NCBI GenBank assembly: GCA_965225855.1 | Contig: CBDDCK010000005.1 | Coordinates: forward strand, 896,001 to 960,000 | Length of the DNA stretch: 64,000 bases | From: Spirochaetia bacterium | GTDB taxonomy: Bacteria > Spirochaetota > Spirochaetia > SP-2023 | Reading direction: 5' to 3' | Shown here: positions 9,901 through 19,689 of the stretch, piece after piece | How positions within the stretch are numbered: position 1 is the stretch's first letter | How the letters are laid out: each line of letters begins with the position of its first letter | Notes under the pieces: generated by a model | Databases searched by the model: none | Seen by the model: the letters and a program-made list of their open reading frames with translations, nothing else | What the model was told of the DNA's origin: nothing | Made by a program: the position numbers and the translations under genes

Positions 9901-10685
9901 CGCTCTTCTTCGGAGATAAAGATGCAATTGCCCGTGGCATAGGGCATGGGCGGGTGCTCAAAAAATAGTATATCATAAATTTTTTGCCTTAAAGACTCGT
10001 CTTGCAAGGGGGCAAAGTGCGGCGCTTGGCAAGCCCAAATCTGGCGAAATTCCTCTCGTACCAAATAGCGGGGAATCGCATAGTCCACCTCTTGGGCCTG
10101 CTTGCGCTGGCGCACTATCTTTTTATTTTTCAGGCGTTCAAAGAAATATTGGCCAAGCGTCTGTAGGCCCTTCTCTTTTAGCCGTTGTGGCAGAACTTTA
10201 TAGGGGTTATCGGGGTTATCACGCACTTCTTTGCCCTCTTTTTGGCTCTTTTCTTTCAGCTCTTGTTCAGCGGAAATAAAATCTGCGCCGCGGTGTTTGG
10301 CCAAATGCATCAAAATGCGCCCCAATTGATGGCTACTCTCTAGCTTTTTTCGCACGGCCGCGTCTCGCAAATAATACACACATTGCTTGCGCAATTGCTT
10401 AGTGCCTGCTGCAATTTTACCTTGAGGGCAGCAATTCCACAGGCCCGCCTCGTACAAGGCCCTACCCAGGAGTTCTAAGCGCTTTTTCGTGCGCACAGTA
10501 TTCGTGCGCGCAGTGCGCTGCAAACGCCTAGCCTCCGCCCCTTCACTAACCTCAAATATCCTAGCACCCGCATCGCAAATCTTCACGGCCTTATTGCACT
10601 CATCTAATTCCACGACTGCCGAGCCGATCGAAGAGACACCTAAATCTAAACCCAAGCGATAACGCATATATCTCTCCATGCCCAC
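6957..10685 (-). CDS. cas9: Type II-C Cas9 (about 1240 aa; likely start ATG at 10667)
   Basis: RuvC-I LGLDLGVSSIG, Arg-rich bridge helix, NPAVH...QLR and IHVEVGRD (RuvC-II), HNH EIEHLIP...N, RuvC-III DHRHHALDA. Confidence 0.98.
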   Translation of the reverse strand: MGMERYMRYRLGLDLGVSSIGSAVVELDECNKAVKICDAGARIFEVSEGAEARRLQRTARTNTVRTKKRLELLGRALYEAGLWNCCPQGKIAAGTKQLRKQCVYYLRDAAVRKKLESSHQLGRILMHLAKHRGADFISAEQELKEKSQKEGKEVRDNPDNPYKVLPQRLKEKGLQTLGQYFFERLKNKKIVRQRKQAQEVDYAIPRYLVREEFRQIWACQAPHFAPLQDESLRQKIYDILFFEHPPMPYATGNCIFISEEERLPKAHPLAERHRICEAAHNIRIRRWGTKKSSLELWDEPALTFETKKSSLEKSLLEIKQINIVIETLLMKGQKATPTKIQEALGLDKSSKIVLADKKGIEPYLYANEKFQGMKLCEGDLEELVDFIANPVNPEDVQRRLYTEEQLLQNLKRRLCLENTEEAAEVLHLFPKGRGNLGKTATKAVLKGFACAEQATTQRAITDQLAKEDPRYRAADLAARDQQAQWEALPYYGQILTRDTQPVAQWSAERNSSLNPEEQKYGKLANPAVHMMLNQLRLVVNDIVRIYGRPQAIHVEVGRDVGRSKNKRKEIEKQQKKNREINDEARKYLVERNMVVNGTNILKYKLAKEQKWKDAFDSTKNIPQSFEGFEIEHLIPQARGGSDTPANLCLISRNDNRDKGDSYPYPYLQKSRSPEKLKAILEAAESLPENKAWRFEADAQEIFESDGDMDGTSRYLTDTRYMAKLALRYLRAILAPQRIAAQELGRATSPADASKSGDHSVRIVPIRGQCTAKLRRIWNLLGLEYQLMGFHIPRYLKLPVTDEKIRQKLPENTVNEVHWIKRDTEEVSYHPVDEKGWYKKDLVCNPEWLDKPRMDHRHHALDAIVVALSTRSLIQKITRADKIGRKLPKRELCPLTSCYASGADFVEQVVAVLDEVKVSHKAEHSPQGQLHKETGRIVLGYIAQTKAQEKQYGQFFQKKEEEPAAGDPLTVYKRKVEELIKTQADLRKDVGQFCKFPPEWHERIAKARQDLADAQQGIAANWDRAREQLEQEREEQKAEGKKVKEIGENHIMAKAIALAQHNRADGAKPIAHKIDYFECNKSLITVPKHGLYYQSGNNHRADIVLDIKGDSIIEVIRRFDANDKNFVTQWRQKGLQLQYSLHQGDLLELNTPEEYRSLVSAERCLVVVCKLTVKDNAIGFCLAHDGRNSVLAKKQKYLAPALLVKGGSFFREHGARKVELSPFGKMKRKHKVFCHADTKKEQV

Positions 10686-10742
10686 ATTTTCGCCCTTCCC
10701 CTCAATGCGGTAAAAAATAATAATTATTTTTCTATTTTACAC

Positions 10743-10771
10743 TTGACAGCAAAAAGTGCAAGTATTATAGT
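10743..10771 (+). promoter_or_regulatory. Sigma70 promoter for tracrRNA
   Basis: TTGACA-N17-TATAGT immediately upstream of the anti-repeat. Confidence 0.7.
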
Positions 10772-10777
10772 GGCTTT

Positions 10778-10910
10778 TGTATTGGGCCGGGCACTCTCAT
10801 ACTATAGTTTTGTTGGACGATCAAGACTATTATAATAAAGGTCATTGCGATTATTTCGCTTTGTGCCCAAAAATGCGGGCTCTGTTTTTGGAAACAGAGC
10901 CCTTTATCTT
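10778..10910 (+). ncRNA. tracrRNA
   Basis: Perfect 27-nt anti-repeat ATACTATAGTTTTGTTGGACGATCAAG (10799-10825), a bulge, TATAAT able to pair with the repeat 5' end, an AAAGG nexus-like stretch, and terminator GGGCTCTGTTT-TTGG-AAACAGAGCCC-TTT. The 5' end is estimated from the promoter. Confidence 0.9.
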
Positions 10911-11061
10911 TGCCTAGGCTCTCCCCATCTTTTTCTATCCCACCCGTTGGCCCAGCTGTGGCTATCTTCCTAAGGAGCTGTGCGCATCCCTCTGCAATTT
11001 ATAAGTATCCTAAGTATCCCTTAAAGCTGTGCTGTCGCTGTGGCCAACGGTTAGGGCTATT

Positions 11062-11550
11062 TCAGCGGTGCTTTTGTCTTGGCGTGCTGTCTTGGCGTGC
11101 CAAGTTTTGAATTTGCGCAATTTCGTATGCGTCTAGCGGGCTGTGGCTTTTGCGGTAGCGTTCTTGTAAGGCTTGGCATTCTAGGCTGGCTTGGTGATAC
11201 CATTCATAAGCATTTAAGGCTTTGTCTTTGTATTCTGAAACTTCCCGCTCCAGCTTGTAAAAGCCCGGCTTGCCAATCGATGGCAAAACTTCGTGGGTTA
11301 CCCAGCGCTTAAAGCTTTGGCCTCTGGTTTGGTATTGCCACAGTCTCGTTGGAAAATCCCCAGGTTGCAAATCAAAAAAGCTAGTAAGGTTTTGACTGAA
11401 AACCTTATTAGCTTTTTTTGGAAACCTTACTAGCTTTTTGAGACTACGGCCCGTTACCATGATATTTTGATACTTGATGCCATATTGTTGCCCAATTACT
11501 GCCGACAATGACCCATAGGCCGAAAAACAAAAATTTTTTACTTGTTCCAT
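11062..11550 (-). pseudogene. Degenerate BRO-N/phage antirepressor-like protein
   Basis: FKRWVTHEVLPSIGKPG motif of Bro-N domains; the rest looks scrambled. Confidence 0.5.
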
Positions 11551-11774
11551 TTGTGGCCAATTTGATATTTACCCATTATTTTTAATGTTTAGATGTTTAG
11601 ATATTTAGCCCCCAATTAGGGCTTGTTCTGCAATATCAAAAGCAGCTTTGCGGGTTTGGGCCTCTTGGCAAGTTTTGGCAAAAATGTTGTTGCCCCGTAT
11701 GATAAGCTAATAAGCCAAGCGGTGCGGCAGCGTATCGCAACAGTTCTCAAGTAAAATTAAAGTGGGTTAGTTGG

Positions 11775-12239
11775 TTATTTAAGTATGATAGAATTAAGTT
11801 TTTGGACTAACAATTTTGGTTGCTCGTGAAAATCTTTGAATAATTTATTGACCACTTCTGCTAAACTGTAACTTAATCGAAAAGTCGTTCGTATCCCATT
11901 CATATTGAATTGATCGCCATACCCCCAATTTTCTTCAAGAGCCAAATAATAGTCTTTTAAAATTTCAGGATGTTTTTGTGTCCATTTATCTTTAATAAAT
12001 GATCTCATATCACTAATGCTAGCATCATAATCAGTACCCTTAATGCTTTCGAGCGTTAATTGAATCCCTTGAAGTATCAAAGTGTCCCCATAAGCATCAT
12101 TATTACTTTTTCTTTTTCCAAACACAAACGCTTGCTCATATCTTTCCTTTATCCAATCTAGTAAGCTGGTTTGTGCTTATAGATTAGTGCCTATAATGAT
12201 GTGAATAATCAATAATAGACTGAAGCATGTTTTTTGCAT
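11775..12239 (-). pseudogene. Secreted hypothetical protein with a nonsense codon in the signal peptide
   Basis: RBS plus MQKTCFSLLLIIHIIIGTNL*AQTSLL..., continuing in frame into ORF 11775-12125. Confidence 0.55.
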
Positions 12240-12519
12240 AAAAATCTTTCTCCTCTGCACTTTTACTTTAGGATTTCAAAATTACAAACAATTTTATTAT
12301 TTTCACAAAAATATGTGGTTGTTAGATTACCGAATGGGGTTTTTGTACTATAACATACCCCTCTTGTTCCCAAGACCCTGATACTACCGATTTAGCTCTA
12401 TTGTAAAATGCATTTGGACGCACTAATACGGGATATGTGCTTACTATCTTTCCATTTTTTTCATTGAATTGAATTAGAGTATAGCTTTCAGTTTCTTCAC
12501 TAAAGAAATATCCCAGAAT

Positions 12520-13036
12520 TTATTCATCAATGTAATCGTCATAATTTTCGGCTGGAACTTTTAATCTGATCTTAGTTTGTATAAGCCCGTCAATTCCGTG
12601 CCTCTCATAAAAGAATGTTTTATGTTCAGTTCTGTCGGCATTCCAAAAACCACTAGATATTTTCTTAGTATTTAGTTTGTCTATAAAGTATTTCTTAAAA
12701 GCAGCATTATATTTGTCTAATGCTTTTAAAGGTTCTTCTCTTCCTAAAGGTGTTACGTCTTCTAAATTTAGAAAAAAATTCTTTAAATGGGGATAACCAT
12801 TTAACTCAAAGTCTTTTAATAAATCTAAATGTTTTTTAAAGAGCACTTCACTCATATCTTTTAAAAGAGATTCAACGACTTTAATGTCAAAGTTTTTTAG
12901 GTAATCATAGTTCTGCGTTTTCTTTTTTTGTTTCTAAAGGTTTTTCTTGCGCTTGTAGCTCTTGAGTTGGTTGTTTATTTGCTTTACAAGCTATCACCAT
13001 AGCTATAGTTAGTGTTATTAGAGTTATTTTCTTCAT
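12520..13036 (-). pseudogene. Putative lipoprotein split by a homopolymer frameshift
   Basis: MKKITLITLTIAMVIAC lipobox-like N-terminus. An A7 run near 12923-12929 joins ORF 12520-12855 if shortened by one base. Confidence 0.55.
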
Positions 13037-13099
13037 TGTATATCTCCTTGTTTTCTTCCTTTAGTAGTAAAATTAAAATGGGGTAGTAATTAAAAATCT

Positions 13100-13746
13100 T
13101 TAGTTAGACGGAAGGCTCTCTTCTGGTTTAGGGCTGTTACAACTAATATCTTTGGGTTTACAAAAATATCTAATATCTACATTGAATGAATCTTCATATG
13201 AACCTTTAACATGAAGGTTATAGCTCTTGTCCTCGTCCCAACTTCCCATCCGACTATCCCCGTCTTTATCTGTAAATAAAACCCATGGCGGTGATGATAC
13301 TGGTAGTAAATCTCTGCGGTCGCTTGATTTTTTAATAGGCCCAATTGCCTCACCAATTAGTATTAGTATATAGCCTTGCGATATTGGGTCCATAAAATAG
13401 CCCACAAGATAATCTGCAACAACTGATCCACTCTTATCTACATATTGCATTATTAGAATTCTTTTAGATTGATTTAATTGTATTTGTCAAGCTCTTCTCT
13501 TTCTGATAGTAGAGAAGATTTATAGTATTCAAGCCTTGCTTCTATATGTCTCATAGTTACATTTCTGGAAGAGTTAAGAACTTTAAAACCTTCTCTCTCA
13601 AAGTAATTAAGGGCTTCCGTGAATTCTTTTTCTTGTTCAGGCGATAACGTTTCTTTAGCTTGTAAGTTTGAGCTAATAAAAACGCTAGTATTATAAGATA
13701 AAAATATAGCAATAGATATTACTATCAATAGTTTGGTTGTTTTCAT
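13100..13746 (-). pseudogene. Secreted hypothetical protein, probably split into two ORFs (13474-13746 and 13100-13450)
   Basis: Signal peptide in the first ORF. The second ORF frame is open back to the end of the first. Confidence 0.4.
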
Positions 13747-13944
13747 CGTATATTCCCTATGATGCTAATAAAAATAATTCGCTTATCAAAGCGTATTTGT
13801 AATTTATAACTACATAATATTTATCTTTGGCCAAGTGAAAATAAATAAAATACTAAAAATCGGCTTTATTTGTAAAAATAATTTACAAATAAACATTTAA
13901 GCGTTTTCTTTTCAAGCTAATGAATTTCTATATTATTATAAAAT

Positions 13945-14175
13945 ATGCTAGAGCAACAAATACAAGAATTATTACAACAAGGGAAAACCCAACGACAAAT
14001 TGCAGTCGAGCTGGGCACGAATGTATCTAAGATAAATCGGATTATTAAACGCTTGAAACAAGATGAAACAAAACCTAAAAAATTGAAACAAAATGAAACA
14101 CGCAATAACAAAAGTAAGGCTACAGTAAGCCAATGGCTCACTTACAAAAAAATTTTGCTAGGGTGTGTTTTTTGA
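13945..14175 (+). CDS. Small helix-turn-helix protein
   Basis: GKTQRQIAVELGTNVSKINRII HTH pattern. Confidence 0.55.
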   Translation: MLEQQIQELLQQGKTQRQIAVELGTNVSKINRIIKRLKQDETKPKKLKQNETRNNKSKATVSQWLTYKKILLGCVF

Positions 14176-14299
14176 AATAAAAAATTTATGGCATTAAAAA
14201 GTGTTGTTTGCATAGTTGGTTTTAGAGAAATGCTCGAATTGGTCAATAATATAAGGTAATGCTAGGCATTCACAAAAAAGTTGGCTACAATGTGAGGCC

Positions 14300-15079
14300 A
14301 TGGCTAAGACTTATGTTATCGCAAACCAAAAAGGTGGTGTTGGTAAAACAACAACAACTGCAAATCTTGCTGCATACCTTGCGCTAGAAGGTTGCCGTGT
14401 ATTGATGGTCGACTTTGACCCCCAGGGGAATTTGTCTAGCCATTTTGGTCATCACAATATTGAAAATACAAGCATGTATGAAGTATTGCTGGGCGAATGC
14501 AGTATTCAAGAAATTATTGTTACTTTAGAAGAGAGCGGAATGCAAGGGCTTTCTTTAGCTCCAGCGAATTTGCATCTTTCTGGTGCTACGGTTGAGCTAG
14601 CCAAGGCTGATAGACGCAACCATTATTTGAAGGCAGCTCTGGAACCTGTTGTTGATTTATATGACTATATTCTGATAGACTGTCCACCATCTTTGGGTGT
14701 ATTGACACTCAATGGCTTTGCGGCTGCCCAGCGGGTTCTCATACCATTGCAATGTGAGTTTTTGGCTTTAGAAGGCTTACTGGGTATGATTTTTAATACA
14801 ATCCACAAGGTGCAACAGGGCGTGAATCCGGCCTTAGAAATTGGTGGAATTATTTTTACCATGTATGATGGCCGTACCAAATTTGCCAACGATGTCATCA
14901 ATTCTGTGCGAAATACTTTTGCCGATTATCCTGACTATATTTTTAATACGATTGTCCCCCGCAATATACGGCTTTCAGAAGCACCATCTCATGCTTTGCC
15001 TATATCTTTGTATTCTCCAGATTGTGTGGGAGCCAAAAGCTATAAGGCTTTGGCAAAAGAGGTAATTGCTCGTGGCTAA
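14300..15079 (+). CDS. parA: Chromosome partitioning ATPase ParA/Soj
   Basis: NQKGGVGKTTT deviant Walker A, DFDPQGN, IDCPPSLG, PRNIRLSEAPS. Confidence 0.96.
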   Translation: MAKTYVIANQKGGVGKTTTTANLAAYLALEGCRVLMVDFDPQGNLSSHFGHHNIENTSMYEVLLGECSIQEIIVTLEESGMQGLSLAPANLHLSGATVELAKADRRNHYLKAALEPVVDLYDYILIDCPPSLGVLTLNGFAAAQRVLIPLQCEFLALEGLLGMIFNTIHKVQQGVNPALEIGGIIFTMYDGRTKFANDVINSVRNTFADYPDYIFNTIVPRNIRLSEAPSHALPISLYSPDCVGAKSYKALAKEVIARG

Positions 15080-16433
15080 GCGGGTAGCAGGTTTAGGCCG
15101 AGGCCTGGAGGCATTGCTTCCTTCTGCCGATATAAATAGTCAGTTACAGAAAATCAAAAAAGCCAATACGGTCGGCAGTACAAATACATCGGAACTGGAA
15201 GCAGAGCAGATTGGCACCCATATTCAAGAATTGCCATTGAGTGCGATACGGCCGGCTAGTGAGCAGCCGCGCAAGCACTTTGATGAATTGACCATTCGTG
15301 AGCTCGCCCAGTCTATTTTTGAACATGGTTTGTTGCAGCCTATTTTAGTGATGCCGCTAGCTGCTAGTGAGTTTTCAGATGATGGTGCCAAATATCGGGT
15401 GCTCGCTGGCGAACGGCGATTTCGCGCTTGCCAAATTCTCCAGTGGCCAAAACTTCCGGCGATTGTCAAAACAGTTTCCGAGGTTGAGCGCTTTGAATTG
15501 GCGTTGGTGGAAAATATTCAGCGGGAAGACTTAACCCCTATTGATGAAGCCCTGGCTTATGAGTATTTGCTGCGCATTTCGGGCTTATCGCAAAATGAAA
15601 TGGCTAAACGCTTGGGGAAAGAGCGTTCTTCATTGGCCAATAGTCTGCGTTTATTGCAATTGCCCCCTAAAGTGCAAGAGGGGTTATCTCAAGGTATCAT
15701 TCGTTCTGGCCATGCCAAAGCTTTGCTGATGCTCAAAGAATGGTCTGAAAGTCTCTTAGATGCATATGCATTGTGTGTCGGTGAAGCATGGACTGTACGA
15801 GCGGTGGAACGGCATTGCCAACAGGTGTTGAGCCAGTTATCTAATGCTGCCAATGTGGAAACAGCCAGCAAAAGTTTGCCCAAAGAAACAAGGGAAACAA
15901 GGGAAACAATTGTTGTTGAGACTTTAGAAGACCCTCACAAGCAGCTCCAGCATATTGAGCCAAAAAGTTTAGAGTTCAAAAAAGAACAATCCCAACCGCA
16001 ATTTGAGGAAGAGGGTGAATTGGTCAAAGATGGTGGGCCGAGTGTTTCGCAATTGCCCAGACAAAATCGAGCAGAAATAAATCACATTGAGATAAATGAA
16101 GCTGGAATAATAGAGCCAAAACAATCGCAAGCAATAATACCAATACAAGAGAAAGAGTCAAAATATTGGGGGGCTGGTGGCATGTTGTTTAAAGAAGAAC
16201 AGTTAGAAAGCCATTTGGCTAAAGTGATGAGTTTGTCTTTGCCATTGCGCTTGCAATTGCGCTTGGAAGTAGATTCGGAAGTAAATTCGCAAACAAACAA
16301 TACAGTCCAAGATGGCCGTATTGTGGTGCACAGGCCCCGCAAAGCCTTGTTACAAGTGGAATTTGAAAATGAAGAACAGTGGGAACTTTGGCTAAACCAG
16401 TTAGGCCTTAATCAAGTTTTGGACAGTACTTAG
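15066..16433 (+). CDS. parB: Chromosome partitioning protein ParB/Spo0J (start may be GTG 15072)
   Basis: GLGRGLEALL, QPRKHF, AGERRFRA, ENIQREDL, HTH; follows parA. Confidence 0.95.
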   Translation: MLVAKRVAGLGRGLEALLPSADINSQLQKIKKANTVGSTNTSELEAEQIGTHIQELPLSAIRPASEQPRKHFDELTIRELAQSIFEHGLLQPILVMPLAASEFSDDGAKYRVLAGERRFRACQILQWPKLPAIVKTVSEVERFELALVENIQREDLTPIDEALAYEYLLRISGLSQNEMAKRLGKERSSLANSLRLLQLPPKVQEGLSQGIIRSGHAKALLMLKEWSESLLDAYALCVGEAWTVRAVERHCQQVLSQLSNAANVETASKSLPKETRETRETIVVETLEDPHKQLQHIEPKSLEFKKEQSQPQFEEEGELVKDGGPSVSQLPRQNRAEINHIEINEAGIIEPKQSQAIIPIQEKESKYWGAGGMLFKEEQLESHLAKVMSLSLPLRLQLRLEVDSEVNSQTNNTVQDGRIVVHRPRKALLQVEFENEEQWELWLNQLGLNQVLDST

Positions 16434-16521
16434 TATAAAAACGAATATTTTTTATAGAATGAAATGATATATATTTTGTGTGTTTTTGATGAAGTATTAA
16501 AATAATTAAGGGGCTGATAAA

Positions 16522-17430
16522 ATGGGGATATTAAATAAGCGTTCTTGGCAGCAGCGTTTGCGGGAACTTTTTCAAAAACTGCGTTTTTCAGAGGAAAGCC
16601 TAGACTATTTAGAGGATTTACTGCTGGAAGCAGATATAGCCCCCATTTTGGCAATAGATTTTAGTAAAGAGTTGCGCAACCAAGCTGTCAAACAAAAATT
16701 GCAAACAGAACAAGATTTGTTGGGACAGATGGCCCGCCAATTAGAAAGTCGTTTACTGGGAAATGATGGCAGTTTTGAGCAGCAATTGCGTTCTGACAAG
16801 TTGCAAGTCATTATGTTGCTGGGCGTAAATGGTGTTGGGAAAACGACAATTTTGGCCAAATTAATTCCTTACCTTTCTAAAAAATGCGATATACCTTTAA
16901 ATGAAATTACAATTGGAGCAGGTGATACGTTTCGTGCAGCAGCAATTGATCAATTAAAAATTCACGGAGAACGTTTGGGAGTCCGGGTTGTTGCTCAAGA
17001 ACATGGGCATGATAGTGCTGCAGTCATTTACGATGCGGTTTCAAGTGCATTGGCGCGCAAGCACAGGCTAGTAATGCTCGATACAGCGGGCAGAATGCAT
17101 ACCAAAAAATTATTGCTTGAAGAGTTGGCTAAAATTGGCCGAGTATTAGACCGCCTTATAGAAATAGAGCAACGTCATAATTTGATTGTGATTGATGCGA
17201 CTACGGGCAAAAATGCACTTTCTCAAGCAGAGACATTTTACGAAATGTTGCCTTTGCGGGGTTCTATTGTTACGAAGTTGGATTCAAAATGTGGTGGTGG
17301 CATTGTATTTTCTTTAAGTGATAAATTGAAACTACCGGTGCTATATGAAGGCCAGGGAGAAAAATATAACCAATTAGCTGCTTTTGAGCCAAGTATTTAT
17401 GTGCAAAATTTGTTGGGAATTTCCCATTGA
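16522..17430 (+). CDS. ftsY: Signal recognition particle receptor FtsY
   Basis: GVNGVGKTT, DTFRAAA, DTAGR, TKLD motifs. Confidence 0.95.
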   Translation: MGILNKRSWQQRLRELFQKLRFSEESLDYLEDLLLEADIAPILAIDFSKELRNQAVKQKLQTEQDLLGQMARQLESRLLGNDGSFEQQLRSDKLQVIMLLGVNGVGKTTILAKLIPYLSKKCDIPLNEITIGAGDTFRAAAIDQLKIHGERLGVRVVAQEHGHDSAAVIYDAVSSALARKHRLVMLDTAGRMHTKKLLLEELAKIGRVLDRLIEIEQRHNLIVIDATTGKNALSQAETFYEMLPLRGSIVTKLDSKCGGGIVFSLSDKLKLPVLYEGQGEKYNQLAAFEPSIYVQNLLGISH

Positions 17431-17451
17431 TCTTTTCAATAGATCTTCAAT

Positions 17452-18534
17452 TTAATATTGGCTGCGTCCCAAACGTATTTTGTAGCGCTGATATATACGG
17501 CGCAAAATTTCTTCACTAATGAGCCGGCTCCCTTCAAGAGTGAAATGAACTCCATCTTTGGTTCGCAGTGAATACAATTTGCCATCAATAACTTTGCTCT
17601 GTATGTAAGAGCCATCATCATTTGAAATGATGTTTACGGTTTCAATGATCTCATCAGCCATTTGGTGTGCTTGTAATCGTTGAGCAGTTCCAACAGTATT
17701 CATACATTCTTGATAATCTTGTTTGAGCATTGGGGGGTTCATTAGCCACCACACAGCAGCCCCTTGCTTTTTAATGATTGTGATAAATTCTTGAATTTTC
17801 ATACCGTAGGCCGCAGGCCAATTATCTGAACCGTAGCTGGTCACGCTGCCATCTTCATTGCGCACGGCTTGGCAACTATTGGCTCCAATAAAAACCAAAA
17901 CCAAATCGTAGTGCCTTTTGCTAAGTAGTTTGCGCAAAGTATTGGGCCAATCGACAAAATGTTTGTTGGTTAATGTTGATGATACGATTCCATTAGCAGT
18001 TAGGCTGACACTGGGGATATTGCTCAATAAAGGGTTTAAGCTTAACTCGATAGATTGTGCTAGGGAGTCTCCAACCAATAATACTTGTAATGGTTGCCTT
18101 TCAGAATAATAAAATAGCGACTGGGAGCCTTCTTTGTAGTGGCCTTTGATTGGATGTGGCTTTGCATTGTTATGGTATTTTTGCCAAAGCCATTGAGAAT
18201 TGCGGAAACGTTTTTGCCAACGCAACAAAGCCCCATCTAAACGTAAAGGTTGTAAAGTTTGCAATATTGCGATCATTTGGTCCTGCTGCTTGGTGCTCAA
18301 TTTACCATTGCGGTAGACCCAAGACTCTACCGATTGGTAGCTAAGTAGCAAGGCAACAATGATAAAAATAATTACACAAACACACAGCCAAACTGCACGA
18401 TAGCGCAGACCATAAACTGGCAAGATATCCAACCAGTGATTTTTCATTTGTGCCATATCAAATTTAATCAGACATTTTGGGAAATATAGAATAGACTTTT
18501 GAGTTGGTGACAGATTCAAAAACATTTTGAGCAT
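17452..18534 (-). CDS. DUF459-like SGNH/GDSL hydrolase, membrane anchored (start uncertain)
   Basis: LVGDSLA block I, IGAN, DGVHFT catalytic motif, N-terminal hydrophobic helix. Confidence 0.75.
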   Translation of the reverse strand: MLKMFLNLSPTQKSILYFPKCLIKFDMAQMKNHWLDILPVYGLRYRAVWLCVCVIIFIIVALLLSYQSVESWVYRNGKLSTKQQDQMIAILQTLQPLRLDGALLRWQKRFRNSQWLWQKYHNNAKPHPIKGHYKEGSQSLFYYSERQPLQVLLVGDSLAQSIELSLNPLLSNIPSVSLTANGIVSSTLTNKHFVDWPNTLRKLLSKRHYDLVLVFIGANSCQAVRNEDGSVTSYGSDNWPAAYGMKIQEFITIIKKQGAAVWWLMNPPMLKQDYQECMNTVGTAQRLQAHQMADEIIETVNIISNDDGSYIQSKVIDGKLYSLRTKDGVHFTLEGSRLISEEILRRIYQRYKIRLGRSQY

Positions 18535-18761
18535 TTTGACTGGGCAAATTTTCTTTTATGCTTTTTAGACTACTGTTATAATCCATCATCTCTGCAGGTT
18601 TTAGAAGTACTGCTGATTGCGTGTAACTTATCCCTGGTACAGCAAGTGGCGGTTCTGAATCGACAAGATTAAAATATTGTTCCATTTTTCCATTCTCTTT
18701 GTTACTTATGAATAATAATTTTTCGGAGGTAGATAGGAATTCTTGAGGGAAGAGCGTTTGT

Positions 18762-19076
18762 TCATTGTACAATGCAGATTGAAAATTCGTTCTCTTTCGT
18801 TAGTATTACATCGCGAAAATCTGCACTGAGTAATGAAGCCTGTGTTAAATTAGCCTCACTAAGGTTTACTGTTTGAAAATTTGCCAATTGCCAAGTAGCT
18901 TCCTTTAAGTAAGCGCGTTGGAGCATAGCACCTAAATCGGCTAGAGCTAAGTTTGCACCCTTCAAATAAGCGTTATTGAGTTTGGCTCCCCGCAAATGAG
19001 CACCCTCCAAATTTCCAATAGTAATTTTAGCATGTCTATTGAGCCATAGCATGCAGCCAAATGCAAGGTCGTCCAA
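18762..19076 (-). pseudogene. Pentapeptide-repeat protein fragment
   Basis: A(N/D)L-type pentapeptide repeats; short and surrounded by fragmentary ORFs. Confidence 0.55.
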
Positions 19077-19507
19077 CCTTGATCACCTCAGCTTTCATCG
19101 GTTATAGGGTATGGATATTAATAATATCATCTCCATTGAGGTATTCTCCAGCTATCTATATTTTGTTTTGGCTTACGGTTAAGAGAAATTTATCTTCATC
19201 TCTTAGAGCTACAAGATGCTGTAAAAAACAAAAAGTAATAATAGAATTGCAGCGAATTTTTCACAATGCCTTCTATATTTTATAAATCATTAGGATAAAA
19301 AATTTATGGGCGAGATTAGTAGGTAGATCTTTGTTGCAAAACAAGAATAAAAACAAATATAAAATAACGAAATAGGGTAAACCGATTCCAATTGGTGTTT
19401 TCTAAATTTTTCTAAATAAATTAGGTTAACCACTTGTATAGATTTTTGGTTTTTATATAATCCCCACCAAGTTTTTGCATCGCTTTGCTTGATGTGATAG
19501 TAAATAA

Positions 19508-19580
<73 letters not shown>

Positions 19581-19689
19581 CGATTTATAATATAAAGCCT
19601 AGCTTATTGTGTATGCTAGGTTTTTTATTGTCTATTTTCCTTTTCCCTACTGATTCATATAACTTCATTTTTACAGGTCAATACACAGA

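Noticed and set aside
6737..9942. Plus-strand ORFs overlapping cas9/cas2
   Set aside because: Antisense shadows of a GC-richer gene with no recognisable motifs.
13750..14300. oriC or parS near parAB
   Set aside because: AT-rich with one palindrome, but I saw no DnaA-box cluster or parS consensus.
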